Positions 47,357-57,171 of a stretch of DNA of 64,000 nucleotides are shown piece by piece. This DNA comes from Candidatus Bathyarchaeota archaeon (GTDB taxonomy: Archaea > Thermoproteota > Bathyarchaeia > Bathyarchaeales > Bathycorpusculaceae), in the NCBI GenBank assembly GCA_963832745.1, contig CAWHVC010000001.1:416001-480000 (forward strand). The letters run 5' to 3'. The notes below the pieces were generated by a model. It was given only the letters and a program-made list of their open reading frames with translations. It made no database searches and had not been told where the DNA came from. The position numbers and the translations under genes were made by a program. Each line of letters starts with the position of its first letter. Within the stretch, counting starts at the first letter, position 1.

Positions 47357-49324
47357 CTAATTCTTTTTTGAAGCTGGAATCGCATCCACGACAAGCGCAA
47401 AATACCCCTTTTCAGGGCTATACGCTGCAATCGAAAGCCGCATTTTCAATGGTTTAAAAAAGACTTCAAACCTCTCAGAGGTTCCCGAAAATGATATTCT
47501 GCCAAAAATCTCAAAAAGATTAGGCTCATTATTTTCAATTCCTGGAAAAATATCCGACGCTTTTTTGCCTATAAACAACTCTTTTTTTAAACCAATACTT
47601 TCTACAAGCGCTTGATTAACTTCCAAGAACACGAAATCTACCGGCTTTGAGTTTTCATCAAGAATCATGCGACAATAAGCAAAGCCTTCAAGAATGTTCG
47701 CGAATAATCGCCGGTAGCCTTCTTCACTTTTTTTGAGGGCTTCTTCCATTTCTTTCATTTCTGTAACATCAACGGCAACAACAAAAGCCTTGTCAAGTTC
47801 AGCTCCGTTATAGGTTATTTTCGCGCTTAGGGTAACCCAACGTTTATTGCCATTTTTAGTTACTATTCGGACCAGAACTTTGTCGCTTATTTTTTCTCCT
47901 TTCCAGCTTTTTTTAATAACTTCTTGAAAAACCTCTTTGCTTTCATCGTCTAAAAGGTCAAATGGGCTTTTGGAAAGAATTTCAGCTTTAGAATAACCAG
48001 TTACTTTGCACATGAATTCGTTAGTTGTTAAAAACTTTAAAGTTTTGCAGTCTATTTCATAGACGCCTGCGGGCGCATATTTGGTGAAATATTGCTGTTT
48101 TTCTTCTTTTTCTTCAAGCGCCTTTTGAGCTTTTTTTAGTTCAGTTATTTCGTCAAAAATTGTTGCAAAATATCCTTCTTCAGGCGTGTAGGTGAACACA
48201 GAAAATGTTCTGTTTTCTTTTGGGAAATAGTGTTCTTGATTAACTGCGGTATGGGTCTTTACAACTTCGCCAAAAACTTCAATCATTCTTTGAAGATTTT
48301 GCCCTAAATGAGGCAGGACTTTTGTGGCTTTTTTTCCTTGTAAGCTCTTATCAAAACCAGTTATTTCTTCAAATACGGTGTTTGAAGATAAAATTAAGAA
48401 GTCAACGGGCTTACCTTTTTCGTCAAATATCATTTTGTTATACGAAAAACCTTTGTTTAAGTTTTCAAAAACCCCGTCAAGTCTTGTGTTTGTCTTATTT
48501 TCTCGTTGAGGATATCTTACAGGGTTGAACCATCCTGAATTGAAATAGTTTTGAGCCATCTCCAAGATGCTTGAGTTATTGGCAAAAATGGCTAACGTAT
48601 GAGTGGCCCCAGTTTTTGGTGGTGTGGTCAGCAAAACGCTTTTTCCATCAAATATCCTCAACCAAGCATTCAATGGTCCAGTGATATGCCTAATTTCAAG
48701 GTAGGGGTTATCCTTAATACTGCTAAACTCTTTTGTAACTTGAGAGTTGTTTGGGTATTCAGTGATTACTCGCACATACACTTTCCGTTCTAACGTTTTT
48801 ACAACCAGTTCATAATTGGTGATAAGCCATTGATGCAGCCTCTGCCAAGGAAACATGGCGCACACGTTGTCTTGTGTGTTTTCCATCAGGTTCTTTAGTT
48901 TGAGGTCAATTGCTTCGGTTCCATGGATCAAGATGACTTGGCCGCTTTCCCCGTTTGAGTCTCCATTTCCTTTTTGTTCAAGGCTTTTAACGAGTTCTTG
49001 GGACCTGATTGTGAGGTCTAAGCTTTCTTTTTCTCGTTTTAGATTTAAAACGTTCATTGCATCCATGATTTGCAGAGGCTGGTACATCGTTGGTTTGCCG
49101 ATAATTTTTTCAACCAAACCTAATTCATGCAACTCTAGTAACACACGGTAAGTGTCTGGTCTAGCTACTTTTGAATTGTTTGAAACTTCTCGTACCGACG
49201 CTAAGCCTTTCTCAAGTAATGCAAGGTAAATTTTGGCTTGAGCATTGCTTAGACCATAATCAAATAGTGTTTTAATTTTAAAATCGTCTATACTAACTGC
49301 TCCTCGCTCTGCGCATATTAGCAA
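47357..49324 (-). CDS. TrmB-family regulator fused to three PAS-like domains
   Basis: GLS..QAKIYLALL..G HTH, TrmB effector-like domain and three PAS-like repeats; no kinase domain. Start may be ATA at 49291. Confidence 0.85.
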   Translation of the reverse strand: MLICAERGAVSIDDFKIKTLFDYGLSNAQAKIYLALLEKGLASVREVSNNSKVARPDTYRVLLELHELGLVEKIIGKPTMYQPLQIMDAMNVLNLKREKESLDLTIRSQELVKSLEQKGNGDSNGESGQVILIHGTEAIDLKLKNLMENTQDNVCAMFPWQRLHQWLITNYELVVKTLERKVYVRVITEYPNNSQVTKEFSSIKDNPYLEIRHITGPLNAWLRIFDGKSVLLTTPPKTGATHTLAIFANNSSILEMAQNYFNSGWFNPVRYPQRENKTNTRLDGVFENLNKGFSYNKMIFDEKGKPVDFLILSSNTVFEEITGFDKSLQGKKATKVLPHLGQNLQRMIEVFGEVVKTHTAVNQEHYFPKENRTFSVFTYTPEEGYFATIFDEITELKKAQKALEEKEEKQQYFTKYAPAGVYEIDCKTLKFLTTNEFMCKVTGYSKAEILSKSPFDLLDDESKEVFQEVIKKSWKGEKISDKVLVRIVTKNGNKRWVTLSAKITYNGAELDKAFVVAVDVTEMKEMEEALKKSEEGYRRLFANILEGFAYCRMILDENSKPVDFVFLEVNQALVESIGLKKELFIGKKASDIFPGIENNEPNLFEIFGRISFSGTSERFEVFFKPLKMRLSIAAYSPEKGYFALVVDAIPASKKN

Positions 49325-49469
49325 TCATGAATTTGTTGTATTGCTTGCTTTTATTGCTTACTTTTTAATGATTTACAACGTAACTAAATAATTTTTTGAG
49401 TTAGAAGAAGTTCTACCAACCACAACTTATAAACAATAATCAAACAATTAATAGGTAAGGCGTTGTATT

Positions 49470-49994
49470 ATGATTTTTGATAACTTAGACAAAAAGATAC
49501 TACAACACCTGAGCAACGGGACAAGTTCTTACGAAGAATTGGCTCATCAATGCAACGTAACAAGAAACACTGTTTATAGACGAATTTCACTTTTAGAAGA
49601 AAAAGGAGTAATAAAAAACACCCTTCACTGCATCATAAACATGGAACAAATGGACATTACAACGGTAAACATTGGCGCAAAAATATTACAAATAAATCAA
49701 GACAAGGCCATCATGCTGCTTTCAAAACATAAAAACGTAAAATTTTTATGGCGAACATACGGGGATTACGACGTGATTATTTTAGCCTTTTGCAGTAAAG
49801 GTCAAGAAGGTCAAGTTATCCATGAGTTAAGAGATATTCTTGAAGATTTGGGTGCTGAATACCTGAGTGTTTCAGTAGGATATGCTTGGGAGAAAGCGAA
49901 TTTTTCGCCATTTGAAGAGAAAAATGAAGGCGGAAACTTGCTTATCCTTGAAGGCTCCAATCGTAAGAAGGAAACGGCAGCAATACTAGGATAG
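49470..49994 (+). CDS. Lrp/AsnC family regulator
   Basis: DNLDKKILQHL, ELA...VTRNTVYRRI..LEEKGVI and TYGDYD motifs. Confidence 0.9.
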   Translation: MIFDNLDKKILQHLSNGTSSYEELAHQCNVTRNTVYRRISLLEEKGVIKNTLHCIINMEQMDITTVNIGAKILQINQDKAIMLLSKHKNVKFLWRTYGDYDVIILAFCSKGQEGQVIHELRDILEDLGAEYLSVSVGYAWEKANFSPFEEKNEGGNLLILEGSNRKKETAAILG

Positions 49995-50396
49995 GTTAGG
50001 TTCTGATTGTATCAGGTTCGGTTTAAGATCTAATAGCACATAGTACCGTAATTCTTTGTCAGCAGCCAACTTTGCTATCACATCAAGGAACAAGTCTGGG
50101 AAAGTTTCCAACCAACTTCGATAGGCTTTTCGGATTGTAACATCTGAAGTTCCTAATACGTCAGCAAGTTCTCGTTGCTTTTTAACTGCATTGAACCTAA
50201 ACCCGAGAAGATAGAATAATCCACCAACCAGGTACCGGTAACTCTTGCCATTAAAGAAAACAAATTTTCTTTTGTATGTTTGGTTCAGGATTTTAACAGC
50301 TTCAGAAGCGATGGTTTCAGAAACAGTTTTTTGGGGCCAAATTTCGTGGGCGGCGTCTGATACTTCGTTTATTTTTATGCGGTTTAGTGTGCTCAT
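49986..50396 (-). CDS. Stand-alone TFB/TFIIB C-terminal cyclin-repeat protein
   Basis: A.KIL...GKS...LVGGLFY...KQRELADVLGTSDVTIRKAY matches TFB repeat 2 (TQREVA...GVTEVTIR.RY). No Zn ribbon or repeat 1. Confidence 0.75.
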   Translation of the reverse strand: MSTLNRIKINEVSDAAHEIWPQKTVSETIASEAVKILNQTYKRKFVFFNGKSYRYLVGGLFYLLGFRFNAVKKQRELADVLGTSDVTIRKAYRSWLETFPDLFLDVIAKLAADKELRYYVLLDLKPNLIQSEPNLS

Positions 50397-50495
50397 TTTT
50401 TTACCAGCGATAACTTAAAGGTGCCCTATTTTGCTGGTTATCACTTCTGTTCAGGGCAATTTTGCTCTTTTAACAGTGGTTATTTTGAAAAATTA

Positions 50496-50515
50496 TCAAT
50501 GTAGCATTACATTGA
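50496..50515. promoter_or_regulatory. Perfect 8-4-8 palindrome
   Basis: TCAATGTA-GCAT-TACATTGA, 100 nt upstream of the TFB-like gene. Confidence 0.5.
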
Positions 50516-50743
50516 ACATCAATAAAAATTATAAATTGGGATTATTGCTCAATTTTCAAAATTAGCTTTTTTTGAACAAGCTTAAACAAAAATGGTGAAT
50601 ATGCAAAAAAGCGCAATTTTAATATAAGCACTGAAAAAAAATGCTGCATTTTTGCCTAAACAAAAAACTTATTCCAAAAGAGTCTCGTAATAGCCATTGT
50701 TTAACATGATCAAATTAGCTGCTGTTTAATGACTTAAAGCTGA

Positions 50744-51058
50744 TTATTTTTCTTTTGAAAGTTTTTCTGCTAAGTCAACCCCTTTCGCGCTAAGCGTATA
50801 TTGACGGTAAGCGTTGCGATGTGTATATTTTGTTTGTCCAGTTACTAATTGAGCTTTTTCTAGAACTTTTAGATCGGCTTCCAGTTGGTTGGGGTATTCC
50901 ACTCCTTCAACCGAAGTTATCACGTCCAACGTCTTTTCTGCTGAAACTCTGAATAAAAGCGATTTATAACGGTTTACTCTTTCATCAAATTCAGCACGTT
51001 CCCGAATTTCGTTTTCTGAAGCAATCTCGTTAAGTAAAGCTTTTAATTCTAAAGACAT
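50744..51058 (-). CDS. Small winged-helix-like protein
   Basis: L..LEKAQLV...Y.LS.KG..LA pattern; likely ATG start at 51058. Confidence 0.65.
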   Translation of the reverse strand: MSLELKALLNEIASENEIRERAEFDERVNRYKSLLFRVSAEKTLDVITSVEGVEYPNQLEADLKVLEKAQLVTGQTKYTHRNAYRQYTLSAKGVDLAEKLSKEK

Positions 51059-51181
51059 AAAATCAATCCCAAAACTGTAATAAATTAAATCAAACAAAGA
51101 TTTTAATTTACCGCTAAAGCACACAAGCCACATAGAAAACTGTGCTGCCTATACAAAAAAAGGTAAAGGTTGTATTAACCT

Positions 51182-51835
51182 TTAAGTTCTTGATTTGTTT
51201 GCCGCTTCACCCGTAGGCATTCCCGGAGGTAGATCTGGGAAGTTTGCGCTAATCTTTTGTTCGGCAACTACCGCTGCTTCAGCAAGAATTTTTGATGCAT
51301 CCTCATTGACTGAATTGAAATTCAAAGACATTCCACCGCTTGTTCCAGCTTCAAACATTAAACCGCTGAGCATGTCACCGATTTGACCAAGCTCGTTTTC
51401 TGCTGCTGGCAAGACGCCGCCCATTCCAGCGTTAACACTGCGGAGTACGCCGATGCATGGACCAAGCATTGAAACTACATCGCCCAACTCGGATACAGTC
51501 TTTATTCTCAAGTTTACCTGATCAAGTGCAAGTCTTGCATTCATAACGAGTTTTGACATTTTACGGACTTCTGCAAGTTCAGTAGCGTAAATGTTAGCGT
51601 GTGCCATGTCATGTTGTTGATAGGCATCTACGAGTTTTGAAAACAAAGTGCGGTCTTTTTGTGTAAAGCGTTCATTAGCTTGGTCTAAACGTTGGATTTG
51701 CATGTCAAGTTTTTTGGTTGCAAAATCCAATCTTGGCTTTAATGGTTGTTGTGGCTTTACTGTTTGATTTAGCGAACTGATGAATGAGTTTCCCTCTTTT
51801 TTCGGTTCCCACTTTTTTGCGAAATGTTCAGACAT
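51182..51835 (-). CDS. ESCRT-III/Snf7 family protein (CdvB1/B2-like)
   Basis: YATELAEVRK, LALDQV.LR..T..ELGD and EDA.KIL.EA motifs; FPDLP MIM2-like tail; no wH domain. Confidence 0.9.
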   Translation of the reverse strand: MSEHFAKKWEPKKEGNSFISSLNQTVKPQQPLKPRLDFATKKLDMQIQRLDQANERFTQKDRTLFSKLVDAYQQHDMAHANIYATELAEVRKMSKLVMNARLALDQVNLRIKTVSELGDVVSMLGPCIGVLRSVNAGMGGVLPAAENELGQIGDMLSGLMFEAGTSGGMSLNFNSVNEDASKILAEAAVVAEQKISANFPDLPPGMPTGEAANKSRT

Positions 51836-52571
51836 AGTTAACTTCCTCTAAACCCAAAATCGTCAGGAGATATACTTAATGCTTGCTAACATGCAGATAT
51901 ATACATCAAAAATTTGAGATATATAACAAGTTTCAAACTTCTTATTTCGCTTCCAAAACACCTTATGCGTATCAATTTCGACATGGAACTGTATCCAGCT
52001 ATCACAAGCTTCAACACCTCCTTTAAGGTGTCAGCGACTTTAGCTGTGAAATCTTCCCTTCTTGCTTAGATACAGCATCTTATCGATGTACACATAGGCC
52101 TCTTTGATATTGGGCTTTTGTGCCCAAGAATAATTTTAACTCGCTCGCGATCATGGTACTTGTCCTGCATAGTAGTGGCTTTCCAGTGGAACAAGTGATT
52201 CTGGAGCAAGTGAAATTGAATGTTTTATTCAACCAAATAATTGACAGCCTACTTGCTGGGGCATAACTGGGGTTTCAACATATGTTGCTGCTGGCGGGGT
52301 AGCCTCAATCAGTTCAGCGGTTCTTGCATTTTCGTTGACTTTTCTGAAAAAAATGAAATAATGCAGAAACAAAAAGTGATTTGCCGAGGGTAAAGTCAGG
52401 GGTTGCTTAAAGAGGTTGTATATCCTAATTGAAAGGCATGTGCGAGAGGTTGCTTCTGAAAATTATCTTTATCCCCCTAAAAAGAAAAAGTAACGCACCT
52501 TCTTATTCAGGGAAGCAGAAAACATTTAACTGTAAAAAGGCTAAATCCAAAACTGGGGCAGAAAGCAAGGG

Positions 52572-54815
52572 ATGCTTAAGATAAGAAAAAGCAATATTTT
52601 GCTCTTATTGATAACTTGCTTTTCAGCGCTTTACAGGGTCGTGTTTGTTTTGCATGATGTTTTTCCTTCTGGCGCTGATATTGGGTTACATGAAAGCCTT
52701 ATTCACTCAATAACTCAAGGTGGCAACATAAATTTCATGTGGAACGATTACCACATGGGCGGCGGCACCTCAAACACTTTCCCCGGTTTTCATATCTTTA
52801 CTGCCAGTTTAATCCTTTTCACAGGCTTACCTGACTATTTCGCTGAAGCGTTTGTATCAATCATCTTTTCTTCCCTAACTATAGTTGTCGCTTACTTGTT
52901 ATCCAGAAAAATCTTAAACGAGCCAGCTGCCCTAATAGCTGCCTTCCTTGTCAGCGTTTCATACTATGACGTTTACATGCTTCTCTGGTCAGGCTACCCA
53001 AACACCATCACTCTACTGCTTATCCCACTGGTTTTCTACTTGCTGCTGGAAACACGCTATTCACGACTGCCCCGCTTAACCACCACTTCTCTGCTCTGCG
53101 GAGCCATATTTCTCACGCATTCATTAAGCTCCGTCATTTTAGTAACCGTAATTTTCACTTCAGCTATTATAGCGTTAATGTTTAGGCGGTGGGTTAGCAT
53201 TGACAAAAAAGCTGTTCTGGAATGGCTGGTTCCCATTTTTGCTGGAGCCTTGATCGTTTCTCCTTTTCTTTTTCAGGCTGCTCCTTTCTACTTGAACTTT
53301 AATTCGCCACTTTACAGTGGAGGCTTGCCTAAACTGCAGCAAGCCCTGCTGCCCATTCGGCTTGTCCCATTCGAATACGTTTTGCCCTTTTTTGTCTGCT
53401 TCTTTCTAGGCTTCATTTTCTTCAAGTACCTGCATGTAAAATCTCAGCCCTCCAAAATTCTGCTCGCAGTTTGGCTGGTTGTTCCAACTGTTCTAACGCA
53501 GTCTTACATTGCTGGTTTTTACATGGATTATGAACGTTTTCTCTATTTTGCAGCCTTGCCCCTGACCGTTTTGGTTGCCGCAGGAATACTTGCAAGTGCC
53601 AAACTGCTGACTAAATGTGCAAAATGGATATTAGCCAAAAAAAGTAATACTTTTTTCGACCTCAACAAAGCGGTAGCAGTGTTCGTTCTATTGTTGATTC
53701 TGTTGTCGTGTTTTGAGTTGCCTCATTTTTCGATGGCTCCCTCCGAAGGCTTTCAGCTGCAAGACCAACTTCAAGTGATGACTGCCCATGGCTATGAGGC
53801 TGTGCAATGGATCAAAAATTGTACTCCAGCTGATGCCGTCATTGTTTCTGATGCGTTGTATGGGTGGTGGCTGGGCGGTTTTGCAGAGAGGCGGACGGTG
53901 AGTGCTGTGGAACCGGTTTTTATAACTAACCAGCGTGAATTTGAGCCAGCCTTGTTGGCATCAAGGCTTCTTGACAGTGCCTATTTGGTTGATAACGGTT
54001 TAATTCAAGTTAAAGAAGACGGAGGATACCTTGGCAACCGTAACCCAGAGTTTTCCGCTAAAAAAGTTGCTGACTATTACCCTACGACTTTCCTTAACTT
54101 CAACAATAGCCAAACAACTATCACTTACAAGGTAGGCGGCAATTTAACTTCTGTTAAAGTTTCAGACTTGTCGGTCAAGGAGATGCATATTGAAAATTCC
54201 TCCATCAGTGCAGCTATAACCGTTACTTTAGGCAACGAATTTTTCAATCTAACACAAAAAACCACAATATACCAAGGCGTCAATTTCGTTAACATGACCG
54301 AAACATTATCCGGCAGCAACCTTGCCATCAGCTTTGTTGGCATCAAATTTAATGTACAAACAAACGGCAATCTTACCGCTGAAAAGGGCTTCGTCGAGCT
54401 GGATGATCCTGACGTGCACGTTGCTGGCCAAATAATCTTCACAGAAATGCAACCTGCCGTTGTGAACTCGTCAAAAAACCATTTTGAAATGAGCTTTAAC
54501 CTAAACAATCCGCAACAAGCAACAGTTAATTTCTATGTTTCAGTCTTCGAATACCCCAACCTTGGCTCCACAACAGCAACCCAAGCTGGCCTACAAGAAC
54601 TCTTCAATGCCAACACAAAAAACTACACCGAAAAAACAGCAGATTTACCCTTAGACGTTTACGATTATCGCGAAGCAATAGCAGACCTAAACGTTTCCTA
54701 CGTTGCTCTTCGAGATTTTTCTCAGCTTCCAAGGTTTGCAAATGACCCCCTGTTTAGTTTAGTGTACGTAAACAAGGAAGTAGCTATATTGCAGGTTCAC
54801 TCTCCTTCAGAGTAG
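52572..54815 (+). CDS. GT-C membrane glycosyltransferase, AglB/STT3-like architecture (paralog 1)
   Basis: GADIGLH after TM1, many TM helices, soluble domain with VSDALYGWWL..FAERRT. Confidence 0.75.
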   Translation: MLKIRKSNILLLLITCFSALYRVVFVLHDVFPSGADIGLHESLIHSITQGGNINFMWNDYHMGGGTSNTFPGFHIFTASLILFTGLPDYFAEAFVSIIFSSLTIVVAYLLSRKILNEPAALIAAFLVSVSYYDVYMLLWSGYPNTITLLLIPLVFYLLLETRYSRLPRLTTTSLLCGAIFLTHSLSSVILVTVIFTSAIIALMFRRWVSIDKKAVLEWLVPIFAGALIVSPFLFQAAPFYLNFNSPLYSGGLPKLQQALLPIRLVPFEYVLPFFVCFFLGFIFFKYLHVKSQPSKILLAVWLVVPTVLTQSYIAGFYMDYERFLYFAALPLTVLVAAGILASAKLLTKCAKWILAKKSNTFFDLNKAVAVFVLLLILLSCFELPHFSMAPSEGFQLQDQLQVMTAHGYEAVQWIKNCTPADAVIVSDALYGWWLGGFAERRTVSAVEPVFITNQREFEPALLASRLLDSAYLVDNGLIQVKEDGGYLGNRNPEFSAKKVADYYPTTFLNFNNSQTTITYKVGGNLTSVKVSDLSVKEMHIENSSISAAITVTLGNEFFNLTQKTTIYQGVNFVNMTETLSGSNLAISFVGIKFNVQTNGNLTAEKGFVELDDPDVHVAGQIIFTEMQPAVVNSSKNHFEMSFNLNNPQQATVNFYVSVFEYPNLGSTTATQAGLQELFNANTKNYTEKTADLPLDVYDYREAIADLNVSYVALRDFSQLPRFANDPLFSLVYVNKEVAILQVHSPSE

Positions 54816-54869
54816 AATCCGTAAACGCTTGATAAGGAGCACATTAACGGGTGGGCGGCTGGGGAGCAA

Positions 54870-57164
54870 CTGAAGATAACTAAAACGCATGCTTTAGTGC
54901 TGGTAATCTTTGCTTTGGCGTTTGCTTACCGTTTTGCCTTAGTGTTTTGTCAAACCTATCCGCCCGGTTCGGACATTGGTTTTCATGCAGGCGTTATTAA
55001 CTCGATTGTTAGTCAAGGTGGAGGCACCAATTTTCTGTGGAATCCCTACCAGATGGGTGGGGAGGTGGAACTTGAGTTTCCGGGTTATCACATTTTTGCT
55101 TTAACATTAATGACTATAACGGGCATGCCAAACTACATCGCACAAGGTATTGTTGCGGCTTTGTTGTCATCCTTCACTATTCTGGCTGCTTACCTTGTAA
55201 CTCGAACCGTTTGGAATGAAACGGTAGCCATAATTACTGCACTTTTATTGACGGTTTCACGTTTTGACCTTGAAATCTTGTCATGGTCAGGCTACCCAAA
55301 CCTAACCGTTCTCTTCTTAATGCCTGTCACGTTTTACCTTTTCCTAAAAAGAGACAAACTCACACCGGCGCCTTTTCTGGCGGCGACATCACTCTTAAGC
55401 GCCTCCATACTATTAACTCACTCATTAAGCGCTGCAGTCTACGTAGCCATAACCGCCGCCACCGCATTAATTCTGATGCTTTACCCCAAGCCGTTTGGAG
55501 AAACAAGAAAAAGTAGCCTTCAATTGGTTACGCCCGTTTTATTTGGGGCAATCCTTATTTCTCCTTTTCTGGCAAGCGCTGTTTCACCTTACTTGAACGC
55601 AAGCGCAGCCTTCACCGGCACTACAGCAATTCAACAAGCACTGGTTGATCACCAAACGGTTCCAACTTTGACGGTTTTGGCGCTTTCTGCTTGTGTTCCA
55701 CTGTTTCTGCTGTTTTCTAGACTGGTTAAAAAACGGTTTTTTTCTTTTCAGTTGCTTGTTTTGGTAATGTGGCTTTCGGTTCCGTTGCTTTTGACGCAAT
55801 CCTACTTCTTAGGGTTGTACGTGGATTATATCAGGTTCCCCTATTTCCTCATTATACCATTAATAATCCTCATCGCAATTGCAATCGATTACGTCTCATC
55901 AGGCTTTATGCAGCTGCTAAAAGCATACCAAACCCAAAACATCCCTTTTAGTATTAACAAAGACAAAATCCTTGTCAAATTAGTCAACAAAAAAGTCCAT
56001 GCAATCCTAATCGCAGGTTTAATGCTTCTCTCAATTTTTAGTCTGACCATCTTTATAACGCCATCGGAAGGCTTCGCTCTTCAGAATTATTACCAGATAA
56101 TGAATAACGATGGATACAGGGCAATAGAGTGGACCAAACAGAATTCGCCTAAGGATGCAGTGTTTGTTTCTGACGCTAATTACGGTTGGTGGCTTGCAGG
56201 TTTAGCAGAACGTCCCACTTTGACTGCTGTGGACTTACGTTTCCTGACGCTTGCCCATGAGGTAAACATTGCACGAAATGCCACTTACCTGCTTGACACT
56301 GACTATGTGCTTGACAACGGATATGTTCAAGTCAGGGAAGACGGAGGCTATTTAGACAGACATAACCCCATGTTTCTTGCAGACTTAAACTGGACAAACA
56401 ATCCATATGCCTTCTTCCAATTCAATAGCAGCGAAATAAGTCTGCTCACCCAAAAAGAAGGCAAGCCCCAGCAGATAAACCTAAACGATTTGCCAGTTAT
56501 TAGCATGCAACTTGCTAACGTAGACAGCAACACTGCATCAATAATAGTCAACAGGGCAAACAACGACTTGCAATATACGGAATCCGTATCAGTCACAAAG
56601 GGGGAACAGTTCGCAAACATGACACTAACCATCCAAAGCGGCACCCCCAACACTTCACTGGACTGGCTTAACCTAATAGTCAATTCTCCAGGCGCTTTCC
56701 AGCAACCATTCAACAATACGCTTGCCGTGTTAGATATGGGCATGAAGGAGTGCGGTCAACTGATTTTTGCAAAGCAGCAGCCATCTATCAGAAACTGTAA
56801 CACACAAAACCCCTGCATAACACAGCTTTCATACAACCTTGAGGGTAAACAGAGCATAACTATACAGGTTATGGTTGGAATCTATCAAGTGACAGATAAG
56901 GACATGCAAAATTCAACCTTACAGACGGGTTTAAAAGGAACCTTATATTCAAACCTGAAAAACCCGTTGACGCTTCCAGACCTGCCAATAACAACCTTCG
57001 ACTACAAAATTGCACTAAAACAGTACAATGTCGCTTATGTTGAAAACAGGTTTTCTGAGCTAAACAGCAAATTCGCTGCTGACCCCAAGTTTAGCCTTGC
57101 CTTTATTAATAATGAAGTTGCAATCTTTAAAGTCATAGCTGAAGACGCTTCAGCCCAAGGATAG
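54870..57164 (+). CDS. GT-C membrane glycosyltransferase, AglB/STT3-like architecture (paralog 2)
   Basis: GSDIGFH, WSGYPN and VSDANYGWWLAGLAERPT; probable CTG start at 54870 (track start is 54897). Confidence 0.75.
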   Translation: MKITKTHALVLVIFALAFAYRFALVFCQTYPPGSDIGFHAGVINSIVSQGGGTNFLWNPYQMGGEVELEFPGYHIFALTLMTITGMPNYIAQGIVAALLSSFTILAAYLVTRTVWNETVAIITALLLTVSRFDLEILSWSGYPNLTVLFLMPVTFYLFLKRDKLTPAPFLAATSLLSASILLTHSLSAAVYVAITAATALILMLYPKPFGETRKSSLQLVTPVLFGAILISPFLASAVSPYLNASAAFTGTTAIQQALVDHQTVPTLTVLALSACVPLFLLFSRLVKKRFFSFQLLVLVMWLSVPLLLTQSYFLGLYVDYIRFPYFLIIPLIILIAIAIDYVSSGFMQLLKAYQTQNIPFSINKDKILVKLVNKKVHAILIAGLMLLSIFSLTIFITPSEGFALQNYYQIMNNDGYRAIEWTKQNSPKDAVFVSDANYGWWLAGLAERPTLTAVDLRFLTLAHEVNIARNATYLLDTDYVLDNGYVQVREDGGYLDRHNPMFLADLNWTNNPYAFFQFNSSEISLLTQKEGKPQQINLNDLPVISMQLANVDSNTASIIVNRANNDLQYTESVSVTKGEQFANMTLTIQSGTPNTSLDWLNLIVNSPGAFQQPFNNTLAVLDMGMKECGQLIFAKQQPSIRNCNTQNPCITQLSYNLEGKQSITIQVMVGIYQVTDKDMQNSTLQTGLKGTLYSNLKNPLTLPDLPITTFDYKIALKQYNVAYVENRFSELNSKFAADPKFSLAFINNEVAIFKVIAEDASAQG

Positions 57165-57171
57165 CTAAGAA

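Noticed and set aside
52181-52191. TTCCAGTGGAA mini-ORB-like palindrome as a replication origin
   Set aside because: Single copy, no G-string, no flanking ORB pair and no orc1/cdc6 gene in the window.
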